This document shows, in pieces, positions 47,715-56,853 of a DNA stretch of 64,000 bases. Positions within the stretch are counted from its first letter, which is position 1. Each line of letters opens with the position of its first letter. This DNA is from Candidatus Omnitrophota bacterium. Lineage in GTDB: Bacteria; Omnitrophota; Gorgyraeia; JAFGIU01. The translations under genes and the position numbers were made by a program. Below the pieces are notes generated by a model. That model did not search any database, was not told the DNA's origin, and was given only the letters and a program-made list of their open reading frames with translations. Location of the stretch: contig JAFGIU010000041.1 in NCBI GenBank assembly GCA_016929445.1, positions 1,929 to 65,928 on the forward strand. The letters are read 5' to 3'.

Positions 47715-48586
47715 TTCAATCCAAGACTTCTCCTATCCCTGAATGGGTTTTGGCCGTACTGAGGGCGCCGGGTCCGGGTGCTTCCTCGCTTCGATTGGAG
47801 GAGGAATCCTTGGTCTGTGCGTCCTCGGGCAGGAAGTATCCTCTTCATCCCATCCCCAATTTCATGAAGGAGCCGGAAACGGCAAGTGCAGGTATCTTGC
47901 CGCTAAATGCAGAGGCCCTGTCTAGAAAGTGGAAAGCCGTCAGGGCCAAGCCTTGGATCGGGGATGCTGCAGTAGAGGCTTTGCCTGCGGGGCGGATAGT
48001 GCTTTCTGTGGGAGAGGGCTATGGAGAATTTGCGTTGCGGATTGCTCAGCGGCGTCCTGATCTTTGCGTGATAGGGACGGAAATTGCAGTGGATCGCATT
48101 TCACATGCGATTGCCTTGCGTGACCGACTGGGTCTGAAGAACGCGTGGTTTTGTTTGGCCAGCGCAGGAAGCTTGCCCTTTGCAGCCGGAAGTTTCGAAT
48201 TCGGTTATGCACGCGGACTTTTGCAGATCCTTCCGGATCCTCTCTCGGCAGTGGCCGAACTCAAACGTGTGATCGGCAAACGGCTCTTGGTGGACCAACT
48301 GGGCAATCATCCTTATGACTTGATCTGGTTTTGGTTGCTCCAGCGTTATGAGAATCTGCGTGCGCACCTGCAGGGCCGCCTTCCCAATACCCGGATTTGG
48401 GGAGACATTGCACAGACCCGAGAGTTGGGCGGAATATGGCGCTCCGTAACATATTACAAACAGTGGTTTAGAGGATGCAGAGAGGTCAAGCTTTTGACCA
48501 ACTACCTTTTTGTTTGGGAGACTGGTACGCACCATCCTTTCTGGGGACGCTTCGGCTATTCCGGTGCTTTGGATGTTCACTTTTAG
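47711..48586 (+). CDS. Trm112-like N-terminus plus class I SAM methyltransferase
   Basis: LRAP…LVC…GRKYP..IPNF; VLSVGEGYG, LPF..GSF. Confidence 0.7.
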   Translation: MIQSKTSPIPEWVLAVLRAPGPGASSLRLEEESLVCASSGRKYPLHPIPNFMKEPETASAGILPLNAEALSRKWKAVRAKPWIGDAAVEALPAGRIVLSVGEGYGEFALRIAQRRPDLCVIGTEIAVDRISHAIALRDRLGLKNAWFCLASAGSLPFAAGSFEFGYARGLLQILPDPLSAVAELKRVIGKRLLVDQLGNHPYDLIWFWLLQRYENLRAHLQGRLPNTRIWGDIAQTRELGGIWRSVTYYKQWFRGCREVKLLTNYLFVWETGTHHPFWGRFGYSGALDVHF

Positions 48587-48598
48587 GCGCAGGGGATC

Positions 48599-49273
48599 AT
48601 GGCTTCAAAAACTAAGCAGCTCAGACTTGCTTTCTTGGTATCGGGCAACGGCGGATTGATGCGTTTTGTGATTGAGGCTTGCCGCGCGCGCCGGATTCCC
48701 GCCGAAGTGAGCCTGGTTCTGTCCGATCGGGAGTGCGGCGCAGTGGCGCAGGCGCGCGAGTGCGGGATTGAAACTCATGTAGTGGAAGCCGGTGCAGGCG
48801 AGGGATCCCGGGAAGTCTCTGTCAAAATGGACGCTATCCTCCGCCCGCATGAGATTGATTTGGTGTGTTTGTCCTACAACCGCCTGGTCTTTCCGCCCTT
48901 GTTGGCTCGTTTTCAGGGCCGCATGATCAACACCCACCCCAGCCTCTTACCCAGCTTCAAGGGATTTACCGCGCTCGAGGACACTATCCACAGCGGAGCG
49001 CGGGTTGCCGGCTGCACCATCCATCTCTGCACAGAGGATCCGGACGGAGGCCCCATTATCATCCAGTCGGCAATCACGACAAAACCGGGTATGAGTCCCG
49101 GGGATCTTGGGGCAATGCTCTTTGAGTATCAACGCGTGAATTTGTGCCAGGTGATTCAGTGGTTTGCGGAGGACCGGATTCGGGAAGTGAATCAAAAGGT
49201 GAGTGTGCTCGGGGCCCGGTATGGCGCATTGCCCACCAATCCCGCCTGTGAGATTGATCTCCCGGCACCCTAA
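48599..49273 (+). CDS. PurN-like N10-formyl-THF formyltransferase (possibly glycan-modifying)
   Basis: LVSGNG, INTHPSLLPSFKG, GCTIH, DGGPIIIQ. Confidence 0.8.
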   Translation: MASKTKQLRLAFLVSGNGGLMRFVIEACRARRIPAEVSLVLSDRECGAVAQARECGIETHVVEAGAGEGSREVSVKMDAILRPHEIDLVCLSYNRLVFPPLLARFQGRMINTHPSLLPSFKGFTALEDTIHSGARVAGCTIHLCTEDPDGGPIIIQSAITTKPGMSPGDLGAMLFEYQRVNLCQVIQWFAEDRIREVNQKVSVLGARYGALPTNPACEIDLPAP

Positions 49274-49294
49274 ATCCGTTACAATGATAAGACC

Positions 49295-51223
49295 ATGAGC
49301 CTAAGCGATCAGACCTTTATTTGTTTCAGCTCCATTGACTGGGACTTTGTGTGGCAGGGCCACCAGGAGATCATGTCCGATCTGGCGGCCAAGGGAAACC
49401 GCGTTCTCTTTGTGGAGAATACTGGGGTTCGAAGTCCTAAACTGAAGGATTTCAGCCGGTTAAGGAGCCGTATCCGCAACTGGGCCCGGGGCTTCGGCGG
49501 GATCCGCCAGGAGCAGGACCGGCTCTGGATCTACTCGCCCCTGGTTTTGCCTTTTCCTTATTCGCGCCTGGCCCGTTGGATTAATCGCAAGCTCATCCTC
49601 CGCAACTTGGAGCGCTTTTCCCGCGCCGAGAATTTTCACAATTCCATCCTCTGGACTTTTCTGCCCACAGACTTGGTCCGGGATATTTCGGACCGCCTGG
49701 ATCATAAATTACTTGTTTACTATTGCATTGATAAATTTACCGAAAGTTCCAAGGAGGCCTTTGAACGCGTGGCTGAGCCTGAAAAACGCATGTTGCAGCG
49801 CGCTGATCTTGTGTTTGTGACTTCCACGGCTTTGGGCAAGTATTGTGAACAGTATGCCAAGGAGGTGCACAAGTTTCCCTTTGGTGTGCATCTGGAGCGT
49901 TTTGTGGCGCAATCCAAGCAACAGGAAAAGGCCCCGTCCGAAGCCCGGGAACTTTCCACCACGACGAAGGTGGCTGGCTATGTGGGCGGTTTGCACCAAT
50001 GGATGGACTTGGATCTTCTGTCCGAGGTCATTGAGGCCCAGCCGGATGTGCGCTTTGTATTTGTGGGGCCGGTCCAAACAGATGTCTCAATGTTGAAGAA
50101 ATATCCTAATGTGCGTCTTCTGGGCATGAAACCGCATGAAGAACTTCCGCACTATATTTCGACTTTTGATGTCGGGCTCATTCCGTACCGCCGCACTTCC
50201 TATACGGAAAATGTGTATCCTACTAAGCTCAATGAGTACCTGGCCCTGGGTGTGCCGGTGGTGGGGACGAATATTCCGGAACTGGTGGATTTCGAAAGGC
50301 AAGCGCCGGATCTGATCCGCGTGGCCTCGGACGCGAAGCAGTTTGGACAGTATGTGAACGCCGCGATTCAGGACGGCGATGCAAAACTGCGGGAGAGGCG
50401 CGTTTCTGCGGCCATGCAAAACACATGGCCCGTGAGGATCGAGAAGATGACGGAGCTTATTGAGAAGAAGATGCAGGAGAAACAGGAGTACGATCCACTC
50501 CGGTGGAAGGCGCGTATGCGGCGGATTTACCTCCGCTCGCGTTTGAAAGTTGCCTTAATTGCGGGAGCGTTCCTGCTGGCATTCGGCATATTTCAGAGTC
50601 CCGCCGCGATTCGTTGGGCCGGGGCGCCTTTGGTTATTGCCGGCACGCCTCAGGTAAGTGATGTGATTGTGATTATCGGGGGCGGTGTGGGGGAAGGCGG
50701 ACGCCCCGGTGCCAATACCTATGAGCGCGCAAGGTTTGGCGCGGAGCTCTACGCTCAGGGGTTTGCGCCGGCTGTGTTGCTCTCTTCGGGTTATCAATAC
50801 GTGGTCAAGGAGACGGATGAAATGGCCGCGATTCTGGAGCAGAACGGGGTTCCCGCACAAGCCGTCCGGATTAATCGCCAAGCCATGAACCTGGAAGACA
50901 ATATTCGGCGGCTTGCTCCGGTTCTGGAGCAGTCCGGGGTGGAATCAGTCATATTGGTGAATTCGGGCTATGCAATGGCGCGCACCCGGTATTTTGTGCA
51001 GCATTACTGGTCCGGGGTTCAGGTGAGCTATGTGCCGAAGACCACGTCACTCTTTTTTGATCCGGAGGTCGGCAGTCGCGGCGAACAGTGGAAGGCCTTG
51101 TGGCACGAGTATGCGGGGTTGATCTATTACAGGCTTCGCGGATTTGAGGCGAGGAATTCCGAAACAGTCGGCGTCCAGACTTCCCGCGTCTTGATCCACT
51201 CCAGCAGCCGCTCCAGGAGTTGA
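49295..51223 (+). CDS. GT-B glycosyltransferase (TuaH-like) fused via a TM helix to a DUF218/YdcF(ElyC)-like domain
   Basis: IDWDFVWQGHQ, YYCID, DVGLIPY, PTKLNEYLALG.PVV; IVIIGGG, ERARFG.ELY, SSG, HEYAGLIYY. Confidence 0.8.
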   Translation: MSLSDQTFICFSSIDWDFVWQGHQEIMSDLAAKGNRVLFVENTGVRSPKLKDFSRLRSRIRNWARGFGGIRQEQDRLWIYSPLVLPFPYSRLARWINRKLILRNLERFSRAENFHNSILWTFLPTDLVRDISDRLDHKLLVYYCIDKFTESSKEAFERVAEPEKRMLQRADLVFVTSTALGKYCEQYAKEVHKFPFGVHLERFVAQSKQQEKAPSEARELSTTTKVAGYVGGLHQWMDLDLLSEVIEAQPDVRFVFVGPVQTDVSMLKKYPNVRLLGMKPHEELPHYISTFDVGLIPYRRTSYTENVYPTKLNEYLALGVPVVGTNIPELVDFERQAPDLIRVASDAKQFGQYVNAAIQDGDAKLRERRVSAAMQNTWPVRIEKMTELIEKKMQEKQEYDPLRWKARMRRIYLRSRLKVALIAGAFLLAFGIFQSPAAIRWAGAPLVIAGTPQVSDVIVIIGGGVGEGGRPGANTYERARFGAELYAQGFAPAVLLSSGYQYVVKETDEMAAILEQNGVPAQAVRINRQAMNLEDNIRRLAPVLEQSGVESVILVNSGYAMARTRYFVQHYWSGVQVSYVPKTTSLFFDPEVGSRGEQWKALWHEYAGLIYYRLRGFEARNSETVGVQTSRVLIHSSSRSRS

Positions 51224-51984
51224 TTGGCCCCGGCATTCTCGGGGTGCAATAGGATTGTCAGTAATCTTTGATTGGCGTAGGCTTCCTCTAAAGACTGTTC
51301 CCATTCAAACCATAGAGAATCAACAGCGTCGGGGCTGTGCCCCCCGGCTTCCAGATAACCATCCCAGAGATCCGCCGGAATCCTCAAAAGGGCGCTGGCG
51401 GGATCGGGCTTCAGAAGGCTCAGATCCGCCAGGGCCCCGGCCTCCTTCAGGGCCTTATCCGTCAGCCCGGGTTTGAATTTCATGCAATGGCTTCGATTGC
51501 AGGCGAGTTTCGGCACGCGCTGCTTCAGGCTTTCCCACTCCGCCTTGATTGCCGCCGGGTTCTCATGCGCGCCGGTCGAAAGGTGCAAACCGATCTCGAA
51601 TCCGGATGCTTGAAGCTCCTCCCAAAAAGCGGATAAACGTTGCCCGGACCGGAATCGTGTCTTCTCTCCGTACCAGCCGTCGCGAAGCCTGCGATGGGTT
51701 CGCAGTGGAGAAAAGAAAAAGTATGTCGCGTGGACTTGATATTCCTTTTCCAGGACAAAGGCTTGGTAAATGCGCTCAGCCAGAGGAGGCGCATCCCAGA
51801 ATCTGCGCAGAAGTGCCCAGGGGATGCGGGCCGGCGCCTTGAGTCCTTGTTCTTTCCAGGATTCGGGAAATGTCCGGAGCAAGTGCCGGAGGTGATCGCT
51901 GTCCCACCGGTGCAGCGCATCGACGTCATGCGTGATCAGCACAGTGCATTTGGAATCAGTACCAGACTTCAATGGCTCCGGCAT
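51127..51984 (-). CDS. Polysaccharide deacetylase family protein
   Basis: ITHDVD, ATYFF, FEIGLH, RSH, TILLHP. Confidence 0.75.
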   Translation of the reverse strand: MPEPLKSGTDSKCTVLITHDVDALHRWDSDHLRHLLRTFPESWKEQGLKAPARIPWALLRRFWDAPPLAERIYQAFVLEKEYQVHATYFFFSPLRTHRRLRDGWYGEKTRFRSGQRLSAFWEELQASGFEIGLHLSTGAHENPAAIKAEWESLKQRVPKLACNRSHCMKFKPGLTDKALKEAGALADLSLLKPDPASALLRIPADLWDGYLEAGGHSPDAVDSLWFEWEQSLEEAYANQRLLTILLHPENAGANQLLERLLEWIKTREVWTPTVSEFLASNPRSL

Positions 51985-54040
51985 AACCCATCCATCCTAA
52001 TAGAGGCTTGTGTCTTGCTGTTTCCCAGATAAAGAGGCAGTTCGCATGAACTTGTTTTTGGCGCGCATCCTGAAACCATTGGAGGTACCGGTGCAAGGGC
52101 CAGTACGTGCCTTTTGCCTGTTGGTTGTGCAGCACATCCTGCCAAATATCCCGGTTGGGACTGCGCCTTTGCAAGAAGGCGCGCACGTACTCCCATTGCT
52201 GCAGCAGCCAGAACCAGACTGCAAAGAAGGGCCTGTTGGTGATTTGATCCACAAACAGGCGTTGCGTTCCGATGCGCCGGATTTCATCCAGTCCGGCCTG
52301 AGGATTTTGAAGAATGTGAAGCACGCCCCGGGCAATGACCACAGTGAAACTCTCAGACCGGAAGGGAAGCCGCGTGATATCCGCATTGCAGAAGACGAGG
52401 TTTGTCAGAGCCTTGTCTTGGGCCAAACGGTTGCCGTGCCTAACGCGCTCCAGATCCAAATCTGTTCCCACAAAACTCAGGTAAGGATGGGTCTGCGCAA
52501 GCCGCACCAAGAGTTCTCCGTAACCTTCGCCCACACTGAGAATTCGCGTGCCTGCGGGGAGCGAGCTCACAAAGCAGTCCCCCACCCAAGCGTTTTGGTG
52601 AAAGTGGATAGTTGCGGAAGCGTCTTCGGTCTCTTTTCCCATCATACGTTTCCAGGTGCCTTGAGGCAGAATTCCCAGGCCCCGCAAGAGCAGAAGATAA
52701 AAACAAAATCCCAACAGTTTGAATCCCAACCCGCTCCCGTAGCTTAGCAGCAGGGCGAGCCCGATTACAGCGAGGGATGAGGGAAGAAGGATGCGGAGTC
52801 CGTGTTGTAGCGGGTGGATCTTTTTGCTCACCCAGAGCATGCCTATGAAGATCAACACGCAAGCCAGGAGATAGGCCATCGCGGCTCCTGCCGCGCCCCA
52901 GCGGGAGATAGCCCCCACTGCAAGCAGTATGGCAGCGCCGTAGGAGATCGCGTAAATCCAAATCCGGTGGTAGGTCTGTTCTTTAACTGCCATGCCGCCG
53001 GAGACAATCCAATCTCCGAGAAAAAAGACCCAGGCGGCAATCAACAGCAAGGCTGCAGGCGTATGGGCGGCTGCGTAAGGAGTCCCCCCCGCCAAAGCGA
53101 TGAGGTCGCGGAGAAAAATGAGCATGCCCCCCAAAACCAGAAGGACGATTCCGTTGAGCTCTCTGACCGGACCTGCAACGGAATCAGAGGCTTTGGGCTG
53201 CCGGGCAAAGAGCCAGGGAAGCCAGGCTTTGCCTGCTCCGGTGATGGTTAAAGTGAGCAGGGATTGGGCCCGCTCTGCAAAGCCGTACCATCCCATGGCT
53301 GTGGCCGAAGCAAAGCGCGCCAAAAAGAGCCGGATGAAAAGGCCGAAGCCATATTGAATGAGTGTGGTGGCGGTGAACGGGCCTCCGAAGCGGATATATC
53401 TGAGTGGTGATCCCACTAAAACCCCCAAGCGGATGAACGGCGCCAGCCTTGGAAAGGCAATGAGTGAAGAGATGACTGAGGCCAGGAGCAATGCCGCTAA
53501 ATAGCCTTCGAGCCCCCATTTGAGAAGCAGCACAAAAATCAGGACGCCCAAAAGTGTCAGAGCGGCTTGCGCAATGAGAAGAACGGCATGGGCCTTCGGT
53601 TGCTTTACGGTGACGGTAACCTGCACAAAGGCTTCCATGACTGCTGTGGGAATAACTGCCAGGGCAACCAGCCAGATCGCCCCTGCACTGATGCGGAGTC
53701 CGGAAATGCTCTGGGCCAGGGGGGCAAGTGCCAGAAGAAGAAGCGTGGAAACCAGCCCCGCAAGGATCTGGACGCTAATGCCCCCGCCCAGGATGCGCTT
53801 TCGCAGATTTTCGTCCTCGGTGTCAAAATAGAATTTGCAGGTGCTTTGAAAAATGTTGAAGTTCACAAGGGCCGTGAGGAACCATTGGGCGGTCCGGAGC
53901 AAATCCGCCAATCCGAAGTGAGCCACGCTGATGTTCCGCACCACCATCACAATCGCGACAAGATTGATGAATTGTGCGAGACCGCCTGCAACGGAATAGC
54001 TGAGCATTAAATTGGATAAAGACTTGGTCTGGGTCTTCAT
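51956..54040 (-). CDS. Wzx-type oligosaccharide flippase fused to C-terminal SAM methyltransferase
   Basis: About 12-14 TM segments, then ILSVGEGYG, LPFRSESF; ATG 54040 overlaps upstream TGA. Confidence 0.78.
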   Translation of the reverse strand: MKTQTKSLSNLMLSYSVAGGLAQFINLVAIVMVVRNISVAHFGLADLLRTAQWFLTALVNFNIFQSTCKFYFDTEDENLRKRILGGGISVQILAGLVSTLLLLALAPLAQSISGLRISAGAIWLVALAVIPTAVMEAFVQVTVTVKQPKAHAVLLIAQAALTLLGVLIFVLLLKWGLEGYLAALLLASVISSLIAFPRLAPFIRLGVLVGSPLRYIRFGGPFTATTLIQYGFGLFIRLFLARFASATAMGWYGFAERAQSLLTLTITGAGKAWLPWLFARQPKASDSVAGPVRELNGIVLLVLGGMLIFLRDLIALAGGTPYAAAHTPAALLLIAAWVFFLGDWIVSGGMAVKEQTYHRIWIYAISYGAAILLAVGAISRWGAAGAAMAYLLACVLIFIGMLWVSKKIHPLQHGLRILLPSSLAVIGLALLLSYGSGLGFKLLGFCFYLLLLRGLGILPQGTWKRMMGKETEDASATIHFHQNAWVGDCFVSSLPAGTRILSVGEGYGELLVRLAQTHPYLSFVGTDLDLERVRHGNRLAQDKALTNLVFCNADITRLPFRSESFTVVIARGVLHILQNPQAGLDEIRRIGTQRLFVDQITNRPFFAVWFWLLQQWEYVRAFLQRRSPNRDIWQDVLHNQQAKGTYWPLHRYLQWFQDARQKQVHANCLFIWETARHKPLLGWMGYAGAIEVWY

Positions 54041-55209
54041 GATTTTTCCAAAAGCCGGTTGTAGTGGTTCATGTATCTGTTGAAGAGCTTCGGGCCCTGA
54101 AGATACTTCATTACCCATTCCCTGGACCGGGCGCCCAAGATCTTAAGCGTCTGAGGATCCTCTGTGTGTTCTATGAGCGCGGCCAGGATCTCCTTTTCAG
54201 TGCTTACCTGGATAACGGGCGGAGCCTCCTCAAATAATTCCGGGATATGCTTTAGATTCATGAACACGGGGCGCTCGCAGGCCCATGTCTCCGAAGCGAT
54301 TGTCCCGTAGTCCTCCATCACAAATTGGTCGAAGACCGCATGACAAAGATTGTAATACTTGACGAGTTCATGACGGGACATCCGGGGTAACCACTGCACA
54401 TGGTCCCCGATACCCAGCTCGCGAACCAGAGCGCGGCTGTGCTCCAGATCCGGGCCGTGGGCAATCGCAAGCAGCCGAGCCTTCTTTTGAGTCTTTTTCA
54501 GGAACTGCGCCCATGCCCGAAAAAGCCGGTGGTTACCCTTTCTTTCCCAAGGGCCGGTTTGATCTGTCCAGGCCTGGCGCGTGGGGTGAAAAAATATCCA
54601 ATCCGCATTGTATTCTGCGCGGGCCCGGGCAACGGCCTCCGGATCCAGAGGGTGAAATCGCCCCACATCCAGAAAGAGGGGGATAAAGGCGGTCCTTTTC
54701 AGCTGGAGTTGTTCGGCCGCGCGTTTTCCGAAATTGCTGTTGAGCAGCACGAGGTCCATGTCCCTCAATCCCTGTCTTTGGCGGAAGGCCAAATACCGGC
54801 GGACCGGGTTGTCCTTCATGAACGGGAAGACATTGAGATCCCCGCCATAAGTATGAAAAACAGAGGGGCGGCCGGTCTTCCGGGCCCAAATGGGGCCATA
54901 GTAAAAAGTGTGAACCAGATCGCAGTCACCCAGGGTTTTCACAAAACTGCGGTCTCCCAAGCCGAATCGCTTCAGTCTTAGGGATGGGACTTTCCGAATC
55001 CAATCCGGGTAAGCGCCTTCGAGTTCAGGATCCTCTTGCTCCGGGCGCCAGAGGCAATCGGCTTCCAAAATCAGACGCGCATCCAGACCTCCGGCCCGCA
55101 GGCCTTTGGCAAGAGAGTATGCGTTGTTGCAGACATTCCCGTAAATGTTGATCTTGGGTGTGGGAGGAAGTGCGGCCAAGGGGATCAGCTCCGTACGGTA
55201 AGGGTCCAT
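54037..55209 (-). CDS. Glycosyltransferase family 4
   Basis: HTYGGD, FHPTRQ, KGN, DQF…YG..ASE.WAC.RPV. Confidence 0.78.
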   Translation of the reverse strand: MDPYRTELIPLAALPPTPKINIYGNVCNNAYSLAKGLRAGGLDARLILEADCLWRPEQEDPELEGAYPDWIRKVPSLRLKRFGLGDRSFVKTLGDCDLVHTFYYGPIWARKTGRPSVFHTYGGDLNVFPFMKDNPVRRYLAFRQRQGLRDMDLVLLNSNFGKRAAEQLQLKRTAFIPLFLDVGRFHPLDPEAVARARAEYNADWIFFHPTRQAWTDQTGPWERKGNHRLFRAWAQFLKKTQKKARLLAIAHGPDLEHSRALVRELGIGDHVQWLPRMSRHELVKYYNLCHAVFDQFVMEDYGTIASETWACERPVFMNLKHIPELFEEAPPVIQVSTEKEILAALIEHTEDPQTLKILGARSREWVMKYLQGPKLFNRYMNHYNRLLEKS

Positions 55210-55823
55210 TCATAAAGTGGGTAGTCGTGGAGCAGATTCACTTCTTTCCCAAAATTCTTTTTGCAGTAGTCGAAGAAGAACATCGGGTCCGCATAGTAAA
55301 GATGATCCTTGCGATAGTCCACATAGATGCTTAACGCGTTAAACGCGAAGCCTTTGACTGAGAATTCTGCAAGATTCTTGAGCGTCTTGAGTATGTATGC
55401 GGTCCAGGCCTTTTCGCTCTGCTCCAATCGCACATTGAAGATACCGCAGGCAAAGGAATAGTCCGCTTCTTGGGTGAGATGGTCACTCAACTGGAACTCT
55501 ACCTTGGGGTTGCAGATTTGGTGGTTTGCGGCATCCAACATCGGATAGCTGATTTCATAACCATAATATTTTTTTAGTTTGATGGAGGTGCTCTTTTCGA
55601 TGTGTCTGTAAAGTGCTCCATAGCCACAACCCAGATCGTTAACGCTGACTTTACCGGAAGAGGGTTGCACGACCGTGAGCAGTTTATCAAAGCGCAGGAC
55701 ATGGGACTTGGGATCCTTCCAGCCCACGCCTGCGGATCGGGTTCCGTGCTCTTGCAGACTTTCTGTGTAGAGATCGGCGATGGGAGTCAGTTTTGAATCA
55801 GGAGAAGACTTTTTTGGGCTCAT
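55185..55823 (-). CDS. Class I SAM-dependent methyltransferase
   Basis: GVGW, VNDLGCGYG, ACGIFN, GFAFN, HDYPLYE. Confidence 0.8.
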   Translation of the reverse strand: MSPKKSSPDSKLTPIADLYTESLQEHGTRSAGVGWKDPKSHVLRFDKLLTVVQPSSGKVSVNDLGCGYGALYRHIEKSTSIKLKKYYGYEISYPMLDAANHQICNPKVEFQLSDHLTQEADYSFACGIFNVRLEQSEKAWTAYILKTLKNLAEFSVKGFAFNALSIYVDYRKDHLYYADPMFFFDYCKKNFGKEVNLLHDYPLYEWTLTVRS

Positions 55824-56853
55824 GAGGAGCAGCTCCTTGGTAGAGTTCGGAATAGGGCAAGACATAAAATCCGGGATAAGCTTTTTGCAGTGTACCGGGA
55901 CTTTGTTTGCGGAGTTTCGCATTATTCACTTGGACATAATAAGTATAGGGATAGTCCGAAGCAGCCCATTTTGTCTTGAAGCGATAAAGAGGCTCCTGAC
56001 TCTCCCAAGTCCCTCCCCAGTTCCAGTATTGATAGCCCGATGCGGCAGCCGCTGTCATGGCCTTAGCCAGAATTGCGGAAAGAGGCTGTAAGTTGCGGTG
56101 CTCGGTCAAGCTCACAGGGGTGTAGTACTCCACTGTGGTGCCGGAGTAAAAAAGAAGAAGAGCAGCGATCGGTTTTCCCTGGAGACGTGCTACATAAATA
56201 TTGTAGTCCTTCTCTGCTTCAAAATGTTTGGGGAAGATGTCGAAGAACTTGCGAGGTTTGGCCAAGCCTCCGATCTCCTGCATGTGGGAGAAATGCGCAG
56301 AGGCCAGGAAACCGGTCGCTGTATTGTCCACGATCACCTCAATATCCGCTGCTTGCGCCTTGCGCACATTCCGGCGCGCAGAGGATGCGATACGCGCGAG
56401 CAGGAAATCTTCTGAATGATCCTCCGGCGAGAGAACCGTGATTTGTCCGGTGCGGGTGTCTGTGCAGTTATGCCGGAGGCCTTTGTGGGGATCGGGGCAC
56501 AGAGGTGAAGAAATCAGTGTGGATGAGGCAACTTGAGGCGCGGAAACCACCTCATTGTACGCGGCAATCAGGGATTGGGCCGCTTCTGCGGATTGGGCCA
56601 AGAGGCCGCCGTTGCTGCCGTAAAAGGGGAGGGAGTTCCAAACCTCGCCCAGGGGGCCGGGCGTTTTCATCAAAGGGAGCACTCCGAGGATTTCGTTATC
56701 CTCCAAAGCCAGCAGATAGTGCGAAGCGCAACCCAGCAGCTCTTCGAGAAAATCCCTGAACTTGAGCGAGTGGTATAGAAGCGCACCGGGATAGGCGCGG
56801 GCAAAGGCCTCATACTGAGGCTGTTTGGATGTGTTGAGAACTTCGATTTTCAT
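55798..56853 (-). CDS. FemAB-like / GNAT family protein
   Basis: NSLPFYGSNGG, RRNVRKA, WNWGGT, RFKTKW. Confidence 0.78.
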   Translation of the reverse strand: MKIEVLNTSKQPQYEAFARAYPGALLYHSLKFRDFLEELLGCASHYLLALEDNEILGVLPLMKTPGPLGEVWNSLPFYGSNGGLLAQSAEAAQSLIAAYNEVVSAPQVASSTLISSPLCPDPHKGLRHNCTDTRTGQITVLSPEDHSEDFLLARIASSARRNVRKAQAADIEVIVDNTATGFLASAHFSHMQEIGGLAKPRKFFDIFPKHFEAEKDYNIYVARLQGKPIAALLLFYSGTTVEYYTPVSLTEHRNLQPLSAILAKAMTAAAASGYQYWNWGGTWESQEPLYRFKTKWAASDYPYTYYVQVNNAKLRKQSPGTLQKAYPGFYVLPYSELYQGAAPHEPKKVFS

